The notes under the pieces are model-generated. The model saw only the letters and a program-made list of their open reading frames with translations. It did not search any database and had not been told where the DNA came from. A program made the translations under genes and the position numbers. A stretch of 64,000 nt of DNA from Patescibacteria group bacterium. Lineage in GTDB: Bacteria > Patescibacteriota > UBA1384 > XYA2-FULL-43-10 > 1-14-0-10-43-13. Where the stretch lies: positions 929 through 64,928 of the forward strand of contig JBAYHC010000004.1 in assembly GCA_041666325.1 (NCBI GenBank), read 5' to 3'. Below are positions 1 through 10,348 of the stretch, one piece after another; positions within the stretch are counted from its first letter, which is position 1; each line of letters opens with the position of its first letter.

Positions 1-774
1 CCACGCCAATGAAACTTAAAGTTCTGAATAAATCCGTGCGACCATCGACGAAGCTGCTTGCTCATAAAAGTATAATTATTTGGCTCTATCGGATAACAAA
101 GTGCGCCAGTTACAAACCTAACCTTATGTCCTGCCTGGTAAAAGCTCCAGGTTAAATCCATATCCTCAGCCATCGTGCGAGTTGACCACCCCCCATTCGC
201 CTGAAGAACGGATGACCTGTAAACAGAAAAGCAACCGGAAGAAATGAGAGGACATTCATAATAATCCTGAACCTGTTTAAAGAAAACGAATGCAAAGAGA
301 TACTCAATATATCTACCCCTTTCCCACAATGTTCTCACATATCTTGGCAGGACAAAACCGCAAGCAGCCGCTACCTTTGGGTCTTGCAGGGCAGGCAAAA
401 GTCTCTCTATCGCGTCTGGAGCAAGAATAGTATCTGCATCTATTGCCATCGTGAACTTAGTCGTAACACTCTTAAGGGCAAAATTTTGTGCTCCCGCCTT
501 TGTCCCAGTGTTTGCCTCAGGGCGCAACACCTCCGCACCAGCTGCACGAGCTATCTCGCCGGTTCCATCGCTAGAAAAATCATCAACGACAATGATCCTG
601 GCTACCTTAACGGTCTGATTCTTTAGACTTTTAACAGTATCGGCAATACTTTTTGCCTCGTTAAAAGCCGGTATGATTATAGTCAGATCAGAAGCCATGT
701 CCCGAACGCTCCAAAGTGGTGGCTTTTGATTATTGTGCAATAAATCTGTAAATAATAATTTTTTGATCTTTGTC
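1..774 (-). CDS. Glycosyltransferase family 2 protein. The start codon is at 774 and the C-terminus runs off the left edge of the window.
   Basis: Reverse-strand translation from the ATG at 772-774 gives MTKIKKLLFTDLLHNNQKPPLWSVRDMASDLTIIIPAFNEAKSIADTVKSLKNQTVKVARIIVVDDFSSDGT..., with the DxD-containing GT2 fold pattern. The ORF is missing from the ORF track only because it is truncated by the window edge. Confidence 0.7.
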
Positions 775-1123
775 ATAATCTCCTAATCATTAACACCACG
801 ATTTTTCACAACAACCTGAACTGCAGCAAGTGTCCTCATCCTCATCCTCATCACCAGCACATATTAAGCCAGCCCCAGATCATAGCTCAAGCATGCCAAA
901 AACGCAAAGGAACTATCACCAACCAACAAGTCATGCTTCAACGGCAATCAAACAAATGTGCGGTAACAATACCCGACTCATCAATATGATCAAAAATTAT
1001 TATTTAATAATCGGAATCTTTGTTTTTTTCTGTAGATGAAACAAGCAGATTTCCAAACTTTCCTTCATTGGCTGGCATGATAGAATTGTGTGCTATTCAA
1101 TTAGACAAGGAGAACAAAACAAC

Positions 1124-1648
1124 ATGACCAAATCATCGTCAATAATAAAACTAGCCGCAACCGCCTTTATCGTGCTGACAATTGCCTCCTCGCCAGAGAA
1201 TGCCAGCGCATCTCACAACGGTAAACCATACGAGATGTGGGCGAAGCAATATTTTTCGGCACGCGAGTATTATCACAGAGTTTATAGCCGCTATTTTTCT
1301 CAATATCACGACCGATTTCCCGAACAACACCAGCAATCAGTTCACCTGGTGGTTGCGCCCACTGAGGTTTCCAGCCAGCAAACAACGGCATCCGTTCAAT
1401 TCACATTGAGTAACACAGGATCGACAACCATTAACCTACAAAATAGTGCCCCATGGAGGATAACCAACGATCAGGGACAGACTGTTTTTAGTCCAATTTC
1501 GGCCCAGGTCATTACACCCCTTGCACCGGGAGAGAGCAAAACATGGCGATGGGATCTGCGCAACAATCAGGGCGCAAGAGTCCCTTCCGGTTATTATCGA
1601 GTTGTATTCGATGGCCTAGGCGTATCCACCAGGTTCTTTGTTCAGTAA
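1124..1648 (+). CDS. Secreted protein with a C-terminal BsuPI-like (intracellular proteinase inhibitor-type) beta-sandwich domain
   Basis: AAGGAGAA RBS before the ATG at 1124. Signal peptide MTKSSSIIKLAATAFIVLTIASSPENASA. C-terminal region with LAPGESKTWRWDL resembles the BsuPI domain. Confidence 0.5.
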   Translation: MTKSSSIIKLAATAFIVLTIASSPENASASHNGKPYEMWAKQYFSAREYYHRVYSRYFSQYHDRFPEQHQQSVHLVVAPTEVSSQQTTASVQFTLSNTGSTTINLQNSAPWRITNDQGQTVFSPISAQVITPLAPGESKTWRWDLRNNQGARVPSGYYRVVFDGLGVSTRFFVQ

Positions 1649-1706
1649 CAACAATCAACATTTCATCGAATCCTAAAGAGAGAAGCCAAATAATCACAAG
1701 GAGCAT

Positions 1707-2135
1707 ATGAGTACCGGACTTGATGTTTTTGACACAACAATACAAAAAACCAACCAGATTCTTGGTGGCATCGAGAGAGAACTTGGTTGGGAAGCACGCC
1801 GCAATCAGTCATACCTCTCCCTCCGATCCGTACTGCATGCATTACGCGACCGGCTACCCATCAATGACAGCGTGAATCTCGCCGCACAGTTTCCAATTCT
1901 TCTCAAGGGTATCTACTACGATAACTGGAGCTCCGAATCAGTGCCGCTGCGCATGGACAGAGAGGAATTCCTGGGTCGGATCCAGGCGGAGTTTCCCTTC
2001 GAAGTCGAGAACGGAATTGAAGGAATGACGAGAATCGTGTTGAAAAAGGTCTTCGACGCAGTCGACTCGGGCGAACGGCAGAAGCTAATGCGCATGCTGC
2101 CGCCAGACATCGCCGACCTGCTCAAGCAGGAGTAA
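1707..2135 (+). CDS. DUF2267 domain protein
   Basis: GGAG RBS. Sequence pattern typical of DUF2267: LG..ERELGWEARRNQSYLSLRSVLHALRDRLP... Confidence 0.65.
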   Translation: MSTGLDVFDTTIQKTNQILGGIERELGWEARRNQSYLSLRSVLHALRDRLPINDSVNLAAQFPILLKGIYYDNWSSESVPLRMDREEFLGRIQAEFPFEVENGIEGMTRIVLKKVFDAVDSGERQKLMRMLPPDIADLLKQE

Positions 2136-2194
2136 GAGTCATCCGTGGCGATATCCTAAGCGCAAAACCATCCCAGCGAAACTTTTGCCTGACA

Positions 2195-2977
2195 CTAAAC
2201 TGCTTTGCGGTAGCGATATACCGCCAAGGGGACGAAAATAATGATAATCCCCGCTACCCACAATAATGTTCGCCACACACTGGCGCTGTCCCCGATGCCT
2301 TGCATCAGATAGCGTGTTGCGTTCACCACCTGAGTTACCGGTTGATTTTCAGCAAATTTCCGGAGCCAATCCGGCATTGTTTGGGTTGGAACAAAGACAG
2401 AGCTCGCAAAAACCAGAGGAAATACCCAGACAAAGCCAGAAGTCTGAGCGGTTTCCGGATCACGAACCAGAAGCCCGATTGTGAGCGAGATCCAGGAAAA
2501 GGCAAAACCGAAGAGCAAAGTAACCAAAAGCGCAAGAAGACCATTTCCAATTCCATTATTAAATCTGAACCCAATCAGCTCTCCAACCAGGAGCATTATC
2601 AACAAGACCATTACATTGCGGCTTGCGTCTGCCAACGCCCGCCCAGCTACCACCGCAGATCGGCTCATCGGCAAACTTCGGAAACGGTCGATTACACCCT
2701 TGTTCAGATCGTCTGCCATGCCAATACCGGTTTGGAGCGACCCGAATATCGAAGTCTGAGCCAGAATCCCCGGCAATAAAAAATTAATATATGACTGAGT
2801 GCCAGTACCGGCTTGAGTAACTGCTCCGCCAAAAACGTAATTAAACAGGAGCAAGAACATTATTGGCTGGACACTTGAGAAAAAGAGCAGCTGGGGCGTC
2901 CTGAGCAAGCGAGTAAAATTACGCCTTGTGATCGTTGCAATGTCTCGTAAATTTAGCAATAAACTCATCATATTCAC
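2195..2977 (-). CDS. ABC-2 type transporter permease
   Basis: Six predicted TM helices with an ABC-2 permease pattern. 4-bp overlap with the upstream ATPase gene. Confidence 0.8.
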   Translation of the reverse strand: MNMMSLLLNLRDIATITRRNFTRLLRTPQLLFFSSVQPIMFLLLFNYVFGGAVTQAGTGTQSYINFLLPGILAQTSIFGSLQTGIGMADDLNKGVIDRFRSLPMSRSAVVAGRALADASRNVMVLLIMLLVGELIGFRFNNGIGNGLLALLVTLLFGFAFSWISLTIGLLVRDPETAQTSGFVWVFPLVFASSVFVPTQTMPDWLRKFAENQPVTQVVNATRYLMQGIGDSASVWRTLLWVAGIIIIFVPLAVYRYRKAV

Positions 2978-3930
2978 CTCTTCTCGTCATTTATAGTTTT
3001 GTTTCCCGTCACGGCCAAAAAGACATCATCCAGACTGGGTCGATGCAATGCAATCTCATCAGCCTGAATGTTGCCCTCTTCCAGAGCGCGCGCGACAGAC
3101 AATAGCGTCTTGCTGCCCTCTTTGGCGGGAACGCGGAAGTGGCCGGTGGTTTCATCGAAGACGATCTCTTTGCCAGCGATTTTTGCAAGCAACTTCATGG
3201 CTCCCGACTTATCTTCTGGTCGAATAGCGACCTCAACAATGTCACGGCCCAAACTAGACTTCAATTCTGTTGATGTACCTTTGGCTACCACGCTACCGCG
3301 ATCAATAACAGCAATATATGAAGCTAACGCGTCAGCCTCCTCCAGATATTGCGTGGTGAGCAAGATGGTTGCACCGTTTTTAACCAAATCCTTAATAATA
3401 TCCCAGAGTTCCAGTCGGGTACGCGGGTCAAGACCGGTCGTAGGCTCATCGAGGAATATTACCTTTGGCTCGCCAATCAAGCTCGCGCCCAGATCAAGGC
3501 GGCGGCGCATTCCGCCCGAGTAAGTCCTAACTATTCGATCTGCTGCGTCAGTCAGGCCGAGACGTTCAAGCAGATTGTCCGCCCGCTTACGAGTTTCGTG
3601 GTTTGGCAGATGGTAGAGGGAACCAATCATCTTTAGAGTCTCTCGTCCGGTCAGAAAGTCATCGACTGCCGCATACTGGCCTGCCAGACCGATGATCTTG
3701 CGCACCTTAGCTGGCTCTTTGACCACGTCTAATCCGGAGATTGTTGCCTTACCGCTCGACGGAGGAAGAAGTGTTGCCAAGATACGGATCAGGGTTGTTT
3801 TGCCGGCGCCATTTGGTCCAAGCAAACCAAAGATTGTCCCCTTCTCGACCGCCAAGTTCACACCAGCAAGCGCTGTCGTTTTGCCAAACAGGCGCGATAC
3901 GCCCGAAACTTCAATAATAGGTTTTGTCAT
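2974..3930 (-). CDS. ABC transporter ATP-binding protein (DrrA-like exporter ATPase)
   Basis: Walker A GPNGAGKTT, ABC signature LSGGMRRRL, Walker B ILLTTQ/ILDEPT. Operon with the permease. Confidence 0.9.
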   Translation of the reverse strand: MTKPIIEVSGVSRLFGKTTALAGVNLAVEKGTIFGLLGPNGAGKTTLIRILATLLPPSSGKATISGLDVVKEPAKVRKIIGLAGQYAAVDDFLTGRETLKMIGSLYHLPNHETRKRADNLLERLGLTDAADRIVRTYSGGMRRRLDLGASLIGEPKVIFLDEPTTGLDPRTRLELWDIIKDLVKNGATILLTTQYLEEADALASYIAVIDRGSVVAKGTSTELKSSLGRDIVEVAIRPEDKSGAMKLLAKIAGKEIVFDETTGHFRVPAKEGSKTLLSVARALEEGNIQADEIALHRPSLDDVFLAVTGNKTINDEKR

Positions 3931-4049
3931 AGTCTATTCCTTCACAATCTTTGAATCACTAATTCATAGGTGCTTTAATATGTTACCACCCATGGCAGAT
4001 GAAAGCCATAACTTTGCTTGCAATTAATTAGATAAAAATAATCAAGTCT

Positions 4050-4099
4050 AAAAACAAAAAACCGGCGGCGGCCATATGAGTGGGCTTGCCAACCGGCGG
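4050..4099 (-). terminator. Rho-independent terminator for the 4105..4620 gene
   Basis: Minus-strand hairpin ccgccggttggc...gccgccgg followed by TTTTTTGTTTTT. Confidence 0.5.
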
Positions 4100-4104
4100 A
4101 AGAG

Positions 4105-4620
4105 CTACATCGGCACATCACGAGGCACAAAGTCCCTGAGTGAGTAGGAAAACGAAACCTGATTGTGAAGAATAATCTCGACATTCGCGCCAACTGCGAC
4201 CGCGCGGCCGATGTTCCAGGCAAGTTGATCACCTGCCTCGAGCGGCGACTCGACGACAATTCTCTCCCCCAGGTCCTCATCGAAAATAGTCTGTACCCTA
4301 GGAAAACAAGAATCTTTCGGAAAGAAAATCTCGGCGCCACTCGGCAAGACCATCTCGACATCCATGAAGTCATTCAGGGCACGAGCCAGGGGAAGACTGT
4401 CCTCATAGCTCATGTCGATCGAAGAATAGACTCGCACGTGCATGGTCGAACCAGCTCGCTTGCCTTCGGGTTTCAGCCAGCGCACCTTTGCTGCGTCGGG
4501 ATCAAAGAAAATACAAATCGTTTCATCAGCAAAGCGCGGATCAAGCCTCGTTCTCAGATACCCCTCGATAACATCAATATCATCCCCATTCGAAACGTCG
4601 AAGAATTCGTATCTTGGCAC
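4105..4620 (-). CDS. Hypothetical protein (higher GC than its neighbours)
   Basis: Intact 171-aa ORF with its own terminator. No motif recognised. Confidence 0.45.
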   Translation of the reverse strand: MPRYEFFDVSNGDDIDVIEGYLRTRLDPRFADETICIFFDPDAAKVRWLKPEGKRAGSTMHVRVYSSIDMSYEDSLPLARALNDFMDVEMVLPSGAEIFFPKDSCFPRVQTIFDEDLGERIVVESPLEAGDQLAWNIGRAVAVGANVEIILHNQVSFSYSLRDFVPRDVPM

Positions 4621-4730
4621 TCCATCTCTCCCTTCGCTTCGATGTCGATATTATACACTGTTGCCTGATTTTATCAACACAAAAAGACTGCCGGCGCAGA
4701 CCAGACACCTTCAAATCAGTCATTCTGCTC

Positions 4731-5198
4731 TCAAGAGATCAGGGATTGCATGTCGAGCAATACTTCGTCGGCGTGCTCGGCCGGCTTCACCTTAGGGTAG
4801 ATCTTGGCGATTTTGCCATCAGGATCGATCAAAAACGAGGACCGAATCACGCCCATATATTCGCGACCCATAAACTTTTTCTTTTGCCAAACACTATATG
4901 ACTGAACAGCCTCCTTGTTCTCGTCGGCCAGTAGAGTAAAAGGCAAGCTATACTTCTGTGCAAATTTCCTGTGGCTAGAAACCGAATCAACACTAACCCC
5001 CAGGACGACTGCGCCGAGATTATCAAACCTTGGTAGGTTATCTCTCATGCCGCAAGCTTCTGCCGTACAACCCGGAGTGTCATCCCTGGGATAAAAATAG
5101 AGCAAGACCCACTTGCCAACATAATCCCTCAATGAATGCGCTCCTCCCTCTGAGTCCGGTAGCGAAAAATCTGGAGCGCTATCTCCTGTTTTTAGCAT
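4731..5198 (-). CDS. bcp: Peroxiredoxin Bcp (thiol peroxidase, AhpC/TSA family)
   Basis: GDSAPDFSLPD...YFYPRDDTPGCTAEAC motif with the peroxidatic Cys in the TPGCT context. Confidence 0.85.
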   Translation of the reverse strand: MLKTGDSAPDFSLPDSEGGAHSLRDYVGKWVLLYFYPRDDTPGCTAEACGMRDNLPRFDNLGAVVLGVSVDSVSSHRKFAQKYSLPFTLLADENKEAVQSYSVWQKKKFMGREYMGVIRSSFLIDPDGKIAKIYPKVKPAEHADEVLLDMQSLIS

Positions 5199-5344
5199 GT
5201 CTTCCTTTCACTGTTACCCATCAAACATATAAGTATAGCAAATACAGCACAGAGGCCGGAAGTTCAATCAAAAATCATTGCCTGTATTGAATTTTATTTA
5301 ATTAGTGCTACAATACTTTCAGCAAAAGGAAGGAGAGAACGCTC

Positions 5345-6163
5345 ATGCCAGATTTGAGCAGTCTCATTCGTTACGATGTCCCATCTTTTGTGCGGCTCTC
5401 TGGTGGCCCGAGGTCAATATCGCTGGTCCTACACCCTTGTGCTGACAAGCTTTTTAGGGAAATAGCCCCGGCTTCACGTGATTCATGGCATGCCCAAATC
5501 CAATCGTCCGGACTTTCGCACTTTGGTCTGGATTTGCCCAAATTTAGTTTCAACGGGATGAGTTGGGGCTTTGGCGGTGCTGGCCAGCTTTTCACTAATC
5601 AATCGGGTGAATCCATCACTGCTCAGGGTATTGTGTTCGATCTTCCGCAAGCGGAAGATTGGAGTCCGGCTTCGATGCGCCCCTTCTACAACATCCTTGC
5701 CAGCTTGCATGTGGCAACCCAGTTGCTTGAAAAATATCAGGGCGAGGGTGGATGGAATAGCCATCAGGGCTTGGTTGTAAGTAATGTCAACTTTATCCCC
5801 GGCCACGATCCGGTCTTTCGTTTGATTGTTCCGCCGGCACTTGGTCGAGCACTGAGTCACTGCCGTATCTGCCAAATGGGTTGGAAGGCAGCGGTTGGCA
5901 AAGCCATGTATCAGTCCTTTAGCCACATGGTTGGTAAGTGGTGGCGGTACATGGACCCCTTCTGGCTGACCTGGTTCGGCGCACGGCCGCAATTGATCGG
6001 TCCCGATAGCGCAAGGCTTGTCGCTGCTTACAGCAATCACGGAGAGGGGTGGGAAATGCGAACTTACACTCAAAACAGAAACCCGTTGCTCAACGCCCCA
6101 TTAGCACTAATGTTACTCGTCGGTGCGGCTGAGCTATCGAGACTTGCTCTTGATCACCGCTAG
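5345..6163 (+). CDS. Hypothetical protein
   Basis: AAGGAGAG RBS. 272-aa ORF with no confident family assignment. Confidence 0.45.
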   Translation: MPDLSSLIRYDVPSFVRLSGGPRSISLVLHPCADKLFREIAPASRDSWHAQIQSSGLSHFGLDLPKFSFNGMSWGFGGAGQLFTNQSGESITAQGIVFDLPQAEDWSPASMRPFYNILASLHVATQLLEKYQGEGGWNSHQGLVVSNVNFIPGHDPVFRLIVPPALGRALSHCRICQMGWKAAVGKAMYQSFSHMVGKWWRYMDPFWLTWFGARPQLIGPDSARLVAAYSNHGEGWEMRTYTQNRNPLLNAPLALMLLVGAAELSRLALDHR

Positions 6164-6185
6164 ACCATTTGTGTCTGCAATTTCC

Positions 6186-6216
6186 CGCCAGAGTCCCGCG
6201 ACCTGGCGCTTTTTTA
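6186..6216 (+). terminator. Rho-independent terminator
   Basis: cgccag-agtcccgcgac-ctggcg stem followed by a TTTTTTAT run. Confidence 0.5.
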
Positions 6217-6293
6217 TACACAGACAAAAATGAGAAAAAATTAGACTAGCTAGTAACGACACAGCCAAAATTGAGAACTCTATATCTAATCAA

Positions 6294-7754
6294 CTACCAA
6301 CTGCCAAAGGCAGTAGGAGGTTTCTCGTTGTCATCCTCTACCTTGACCTCTGGGGTAGCAGGAATTGAAGTGGCGGCAACAGGGGTGTCTTGATCCTGCG
6401 GTTGGATATCCTGGGGAGTGTCATTAATCGGCCGTTGGCCCGTCTGGAAAACCGGATCTGCGTTCACCTCGAGCGATTTGTTAGCGCTAGTATCTTTGTT
6501 ATCCAGAGAAACACTGGCAACACTCTCAATGGTCATATTATCATCAGGGACAACTGGCTGACTCGACGCAAAGTTAACGGTTGCTTCCTGCGGTTGATTG
6601 GTCGGAGAAACAACGACTGGATCCCTGACATCTTCCGGTCTTAATAGACCTTGTGACTGACGACGCTTCTTCATAAATACGACAATAACGATCAAAGCCA
6701 ACAAGGACACACCTGCCGCTACTATCAAAAGGCTATTATTCTTGCCAGACGTAGCGGTTGGATCAGCATCTATTAGGGTTGCCACTTCCTCTTGGTCTGC
6801 CACAGACCCTGTGCTAATCGGCGGAGCCTCGCTGACGAGTTTGTTGGCAGCATCAACAGTAAATTTGAATGGGCTAGCTGCTCTTGCCGTCGCACCATCC
6901 TTCGTTGCATACACATAAGCGGTATGCGCTCCCGAGATTAGAGGCTCAGATAGTACAATAGACCAGAGACCCTGATTGTCAGCCGTGGTTGTTTTGGAGA
7001 TCTTTGTACTGAATATCGCGATACCAACAAGAGAATTCTGTGCAGAAACACCACTTAACTTGACACCTGTCAAATTATCGGAAGATAAGTCATTTTGCGC
7101 CGAAGCGTCAATACCAACTTGAACACTTAGCGCAGGATCAACGGAAAATTTACCCCACTCTGCTTCCAGATCTACCTGGTCGTCCGGAAGTGTTGGCGCA
7201 ACAGGAGCGACCACTGCTGACGTACCAGACGCAGCCGGGACTGTCTCGACCGGCTTTGTTGTAGTTGAAGTGCTTGAGCTTGTCGAGGCAGCCTTAATGG
7301 TGTAGCTTCCGCTAACAGCGGAACTAAAGTTTTCGGTCACGCTATATCCATCCGTTGCTTTGACAGAGCCATTGGTGATTGAGATAGATGCGGCACCGGA
7401 CTTCTTGCCCTTCACTTTCATTGTATAGGCAGTGACACTGCTCTTGGAACCGGAAACGCCCCCGAAGAAATTAAGAGAACTAATACTTGGTTCTGTCGTC
7501 CATTTCGCCACATCCGACCCCTTGGTCAAGCTGACAACTGTTAAATTATCAACACTGACAGAGGCGCCAAAGGTAGTGAAATTTTGTCCACCGCCGTTAA
7601 CCACCAAGCTAACATCGAACTGTTGACCGACTGTTTTGGTACCGCTAGCCGGTGAGACAGAGATGCTTGCTGACCCTGCTCTAGCCGGACTGGCATGCGA
7701 AGCGGCAGCCAAAGTGATCAGTAGCGCAAAAATAATTTGTGTAATTTTTTTCAT
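6294..7754 (-). CDS. Cell-surface protein with N-terminal signal peptide, cohesin-like domain, Thr/Ser-rich linker, Ig-like region, single TM anchor and acidic cytoplasmic tail
   Basis: Signal peptide MKKITQIIFALLITLAAASHASPA. GSASISVSPASGTKTVGQQFDVSLVVNGGGQNFTTFGASVSVDNLTVVSLTKGS is cohesin-like. TM LLIVAAGVSLLALIVIVVFM followed by KKRRQ. Confidence 0.6.
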   Translation of the reverse strand: MKKITQIIFALLITLAAASHASPARAGSASISVSPASGTKTVGQQFDVSLVVNGGGQNFTTFGASVSVDNLTVVSLTKGSDVAKWTTEPSISSLNFFGGVSGSKSSVTAYTMKVKGKKSGAASISITNGSVKATDGYSVTENFSSAVSGSYTIKAASTSSSTSTTTKPVETVPAASGTSAVVAPVAPTLPDDQVDLEAEWGKFSVDPALSVQVGIDASAQNDLSSDNLTGVKLSGVSAQNSLVGIAIFSTKISKTTTADNQGLWSIVLSEPLISGAHTAYVYATKDGATARAASPFKFTVDAANKLVSEAPPISTGSVADQEEVATLIDADPTATSGKNNSLLIVAAGVSLLALIVIVVFMKKRRQSQGLLRPEDVRDPVVVSPTNQPQEATVNFASSQPVVPDDNMTIESVASVSLDNKDTSANKSLEVNADPVFQTGQRPINDTPQDIQPQDQDTPVAATSIPATPEVKVEDDNEKPPTAFGSW

Positions 7755-7790
7755 CTTCGTCAGTCCTCTTATTAGTCCCTAAAAAATCGC

Positions 7791-9290
7791 TTAAGACCAC
7801 CAATACATCAGAATTGTGAAGTCATCGTTATCAACTTTACCTGCCAGACCGAAATCGGCCATGGTATTTGTCGGCGCACCCCAATTAAATAGAAGTAGCG
7901 TAAAGTCATCGTTATCAATTTTGCTGTCATTGTTTATGTCGCCTGCCTTATAGACAGTAAATGTCATGTCGCTCGTTGCAGCATTGCCGGCCGCATCGCT
8001 TGCTGTTAGGCGTAAGACATATGTGCCAGCTTCGCTGGCCTTAACGGTTGTATCTTCAGCATCAGCCGAGCCAAATGTTATATCTCCGGAGCCAGACACT
8101 TTGGTCCAAGCATAGGTTGTTGCATCAGAAACAGTCGCGTCTTGAGTGATGGTGCTATTTGGGTATGCTGTCATATTGCTGCCAGCGCTGACAGTCGGAG
8201 GCGTTGTATCGGACGCAGGCACAGACACAGTCTCAATGATTGTAGCCGCCGCAGCGCTCGAAACATTGCCTGCAGCATCAGTAGCAGTCACGCTCAGCGT
8301 GTTAGTAGTATCCTGCGTCAATGTAACGACAATTGAATAAGCGGTCGCACCACCGGTCAACTGTTGGGTCGCAGTGGCTGCGCCGCCCGTAATTGTGACA
8401 AGTGAATTCGCTTCGGCTGTACCGGTAATCGTCTGACTGTCTGCATCAACTGGCGAGGCAACAGTAGAGATAGTCGGTGCAACAGGAACAGTATTATCAA
8501 TAGTAAAGGTAGCGCCGCTAATCGGTGTTTCAACGACATCATTGCTAGATAGATCATTGCCATCGATTGAAATTGTGGCAACATTGACATCGCCGTTAGG
8601 CACGTCCAGATCGTAGTAGTAGTGAGTATCATCGATCCTGGTCATGTCGCCTGCGGCCCATGAAAGAATATTATTATCAATTTGAATTGAAGTAGTGCAG
8701 GCTTCAGTACACATTATCTCAGGGAAAGTCGCTTTTATCCTGAGAGTATTTGTGCTATTTACGACAGCGGTTGAGGCCCAAGTAGTTCCGCCATCAGTTG
8801 AGTACGTCAATGCCGCCACAGGCGCAGCACCATCAGCCTCAGGCATATTCTGGTCAGTAACCACCCTCATCTCGGCGAGGCCAACATCTCTCATGTCGCC
8901 AGAAGAAGAACTGTACGACAAGCCAAGATCCGCACCAGTATCGTAATCACTTTGTTCATTCAACGGCAAAATAAATGTAGCGTTATCCGCCCAGGTGCCG
9001 ACAGCTCCCGGACCGTAAGCAGACAAAACAACAGAGAAACCAGCTGTTGATGTGACAGAGGTGTCCATCGGCTCGCTAAACAAAATTGTGTATTTGTCAA
9101 TCTTGCCATCTTGGTCGGCATCACCAGTAGTAGCGGAAATAATCGTTGGCTCACCTTCTGCTTTTGTGACGGCAAAGTGATTATAGAGAAACTTGGCCGA
9201 TGATATTAAACCCAAAAAAAGCAGACAAAAAACTGCCACCCGCTTGATGACTAGTCTCTGCTCGAATCCCTCTAGATCAATTTTTGTCAT
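7791..9290 (-). CDS. Surface protein with N-terminal signal-anchor, Ig-like repeats and C-terminal dockerin module
   Basis: Start at MTKIDLEG, with a GGTGGAGGGG RBS at 9290. The C-terminus GDINNDSKIDNDDFTLLLFNWG...GLAGKVDNDDFTILMYWW holds two Ca-binding dockerin repeats. Confidence 0.6.
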   Translation of the reverse strand: MTKIDLEGFEQRLVIKRVAVFCLLFLGLISSAKFLYNHFAVTKAEGEPTIISATTGDADQDGKIDKYTILFSEPMDTSVTSTAGFSVVLSAYGPGAVGTWADNATFILPLNEQSDYDTGADLGLSYSSSSGDMRDVGLAEMRVVTDQNMPEADGAAPVAALTYSTDGGTTWASTAVVNSTNTLRIKATFPEIMCTEACTTSIQIDNNILSWAAGDMTRIDDTHYYYDLDVPNGDVNVATISIDGNDLSSNDVVETPISGATFTIDNTVPVAPTISTVASPVDADSQTITGTAEANSLVTITGGAATATQQLTGGATAYSIVVTLTQDTTNTLSVTATDAAGNVSSAAAATIIETVSVPASDTTPPTVSAGSNMTAYPNSTITQDATVSDATTYAWTKVSGSGDITFGSADAEDTTVKASEAGTYVLRLTASDAAGNAATSDMTFTVYKAGDINNDSKIDNDDFTLLLFNWGAPTNTMADFGLAGKVDNDDFTILMYWWS

Positions 9291-9690
9291 ACCCCTCCAC
9301 CTTAGTCTGGATTCTAGCCCCAGGTGACTTCTTCGAACCTGAAAACTTTCACGCAGTTGATCAATGTCAGCGCCCAAGGCCCCTCGCTGCACTCAGGATC
9401 TCGGCTCTGCGCCTTGCTCCAACGATGAAATGTATATTTATTATACATTTCATGTCTAGGATTTATCAATACACCACAATAATCACAAAGGCATGATTAT
9501 CGTGAAAAATAGTTCTGCATGGTGTTTATACAGTCCTGCAAGCGAATAATTGGAAATATAACACTCTTGTCTCCTTGCGCCGCAGTACTATTTTCCAAAC
9601 CTACTCGAAAGTATCGGCAAAGCTCACAACTATTGATTTTCTCCAACCAGACAAGTTTTCGGTGCTACCCTTCTAAAAGCCAGTTCCACC

Positions 9691-9719
9691 TTGACAAAAT
9701 GTCTAGGTTGTTATAGAAT
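9691..9719 (+). promoter_or_regulatory. Sigma70-type promoter TTGACA-N17-TAGAAT driving the high-GC four-gene operon
   Basis: TTGACA at 9691-9696, 17-nt spacer, TAGAAT at 9714-9719. A GGAGGAGG RBS and the ATG at 9776 follow about 55 nt downstream. Confidence 0.5.
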
Positions 9720-9775
9720 ACGCGTGGCTTCTTGAGCAATAGAATAAACAAAGAAGCAGGAGGAGGGGCAGTCAG

Positions 9776-10348
9776 ATGAGTTCTCCGGACTGTGCGTATG
9801 TTGACCAATCGCACGGAGAATTGCGTCTGAGTGTGCTTACGGGCCCGCTCAGCATGACGCAGTTCCATGTGCTCGGCAAAGGGCTTGTCGAGCTTGGGTC
9901 ATTGACAGTTCAGGCAAACATCATCGGCGCCAGCCATGTTGTTTCGGTAAAGCACGGCGGAGCAGAACTTCACGAAGTATTCGCCTGCCTGAATGTTGAT
10001 GGTCAACCCGCTTTCCTGCGACCATCGCCCGAGATTGTGGTACCGGTTACCCTGGACTTGCCGGGCTTCTCGTACCGCTTCACTCGGTCGATCCTGTCGG
10101 CGCCGGAAGCAGGCAATCCGTTCCAAACAGTGGCCAGCATCGAGAAGTCTCTCGAGTGCTTGCCACCAAACCAGATTGGCATCTCGTTCACCTTTCCGAC
10201 CAGCGGAAACGAGGTGAGCCCCAAGACAATCGTGTGCGTTTCGGCAACTCGAAGTCAGGTCATAGTCTCGACCCACCACGCCTATCCCAATGAAGGAGTG
10301 GTCGTCCAGACATTGTCCTGCATCGTTCCGAAGGAGGGAACCACATGA
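9776..10348 (+). CDS. Hypothetical cytosolic protein, first gene of the high-GC operon (possibly the DUF4178-like member of speE-associated clusters)
   Basis: Strong RBS. Stop overlaps the next start (ATGA at 10345). No TM segments. The family assignment is from memory only. Confidence 0.5.
   Translation: MSSPDCAYVDQSHGELRLSVLTGPLSMTQFHVLGKGLVELGSLTVQANIIGASHVVSVKHGGAELHEVFACLNVDGQPAFLRPSPEIVVPVTLDLPGFSYRFTRSILSAPEAGNPFQTVASIEKSLECLPPNQIGISFTFPTSGNEVSPKTIVCVSATRSQVIVSTHHAYPNEGVVVQTLSCIVPKEGTT

Noticed and set aside
70-90. 17-nt near-identical motif tat(t/a)attatttggctct(a/g)tcg shared with 17088-17108
   Set aside because: One lies inside a coding region and the other in an AT-rich intergenic stretch. 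A single 16/17 match in 64 kb of AT-biased sequence is within chance expectation and shows no structural context.
384-1039. Plus-strand ORFs 384..626 and 830..1039 from the six-frame track
   Set aside because: 384..626 lies antisense within the clearly coding GT2 glycosyltransferase gene. 830..1039 is a low-complexity Ser-run ORF in the intergenic leader. Neither has an RBS or a domain signal.
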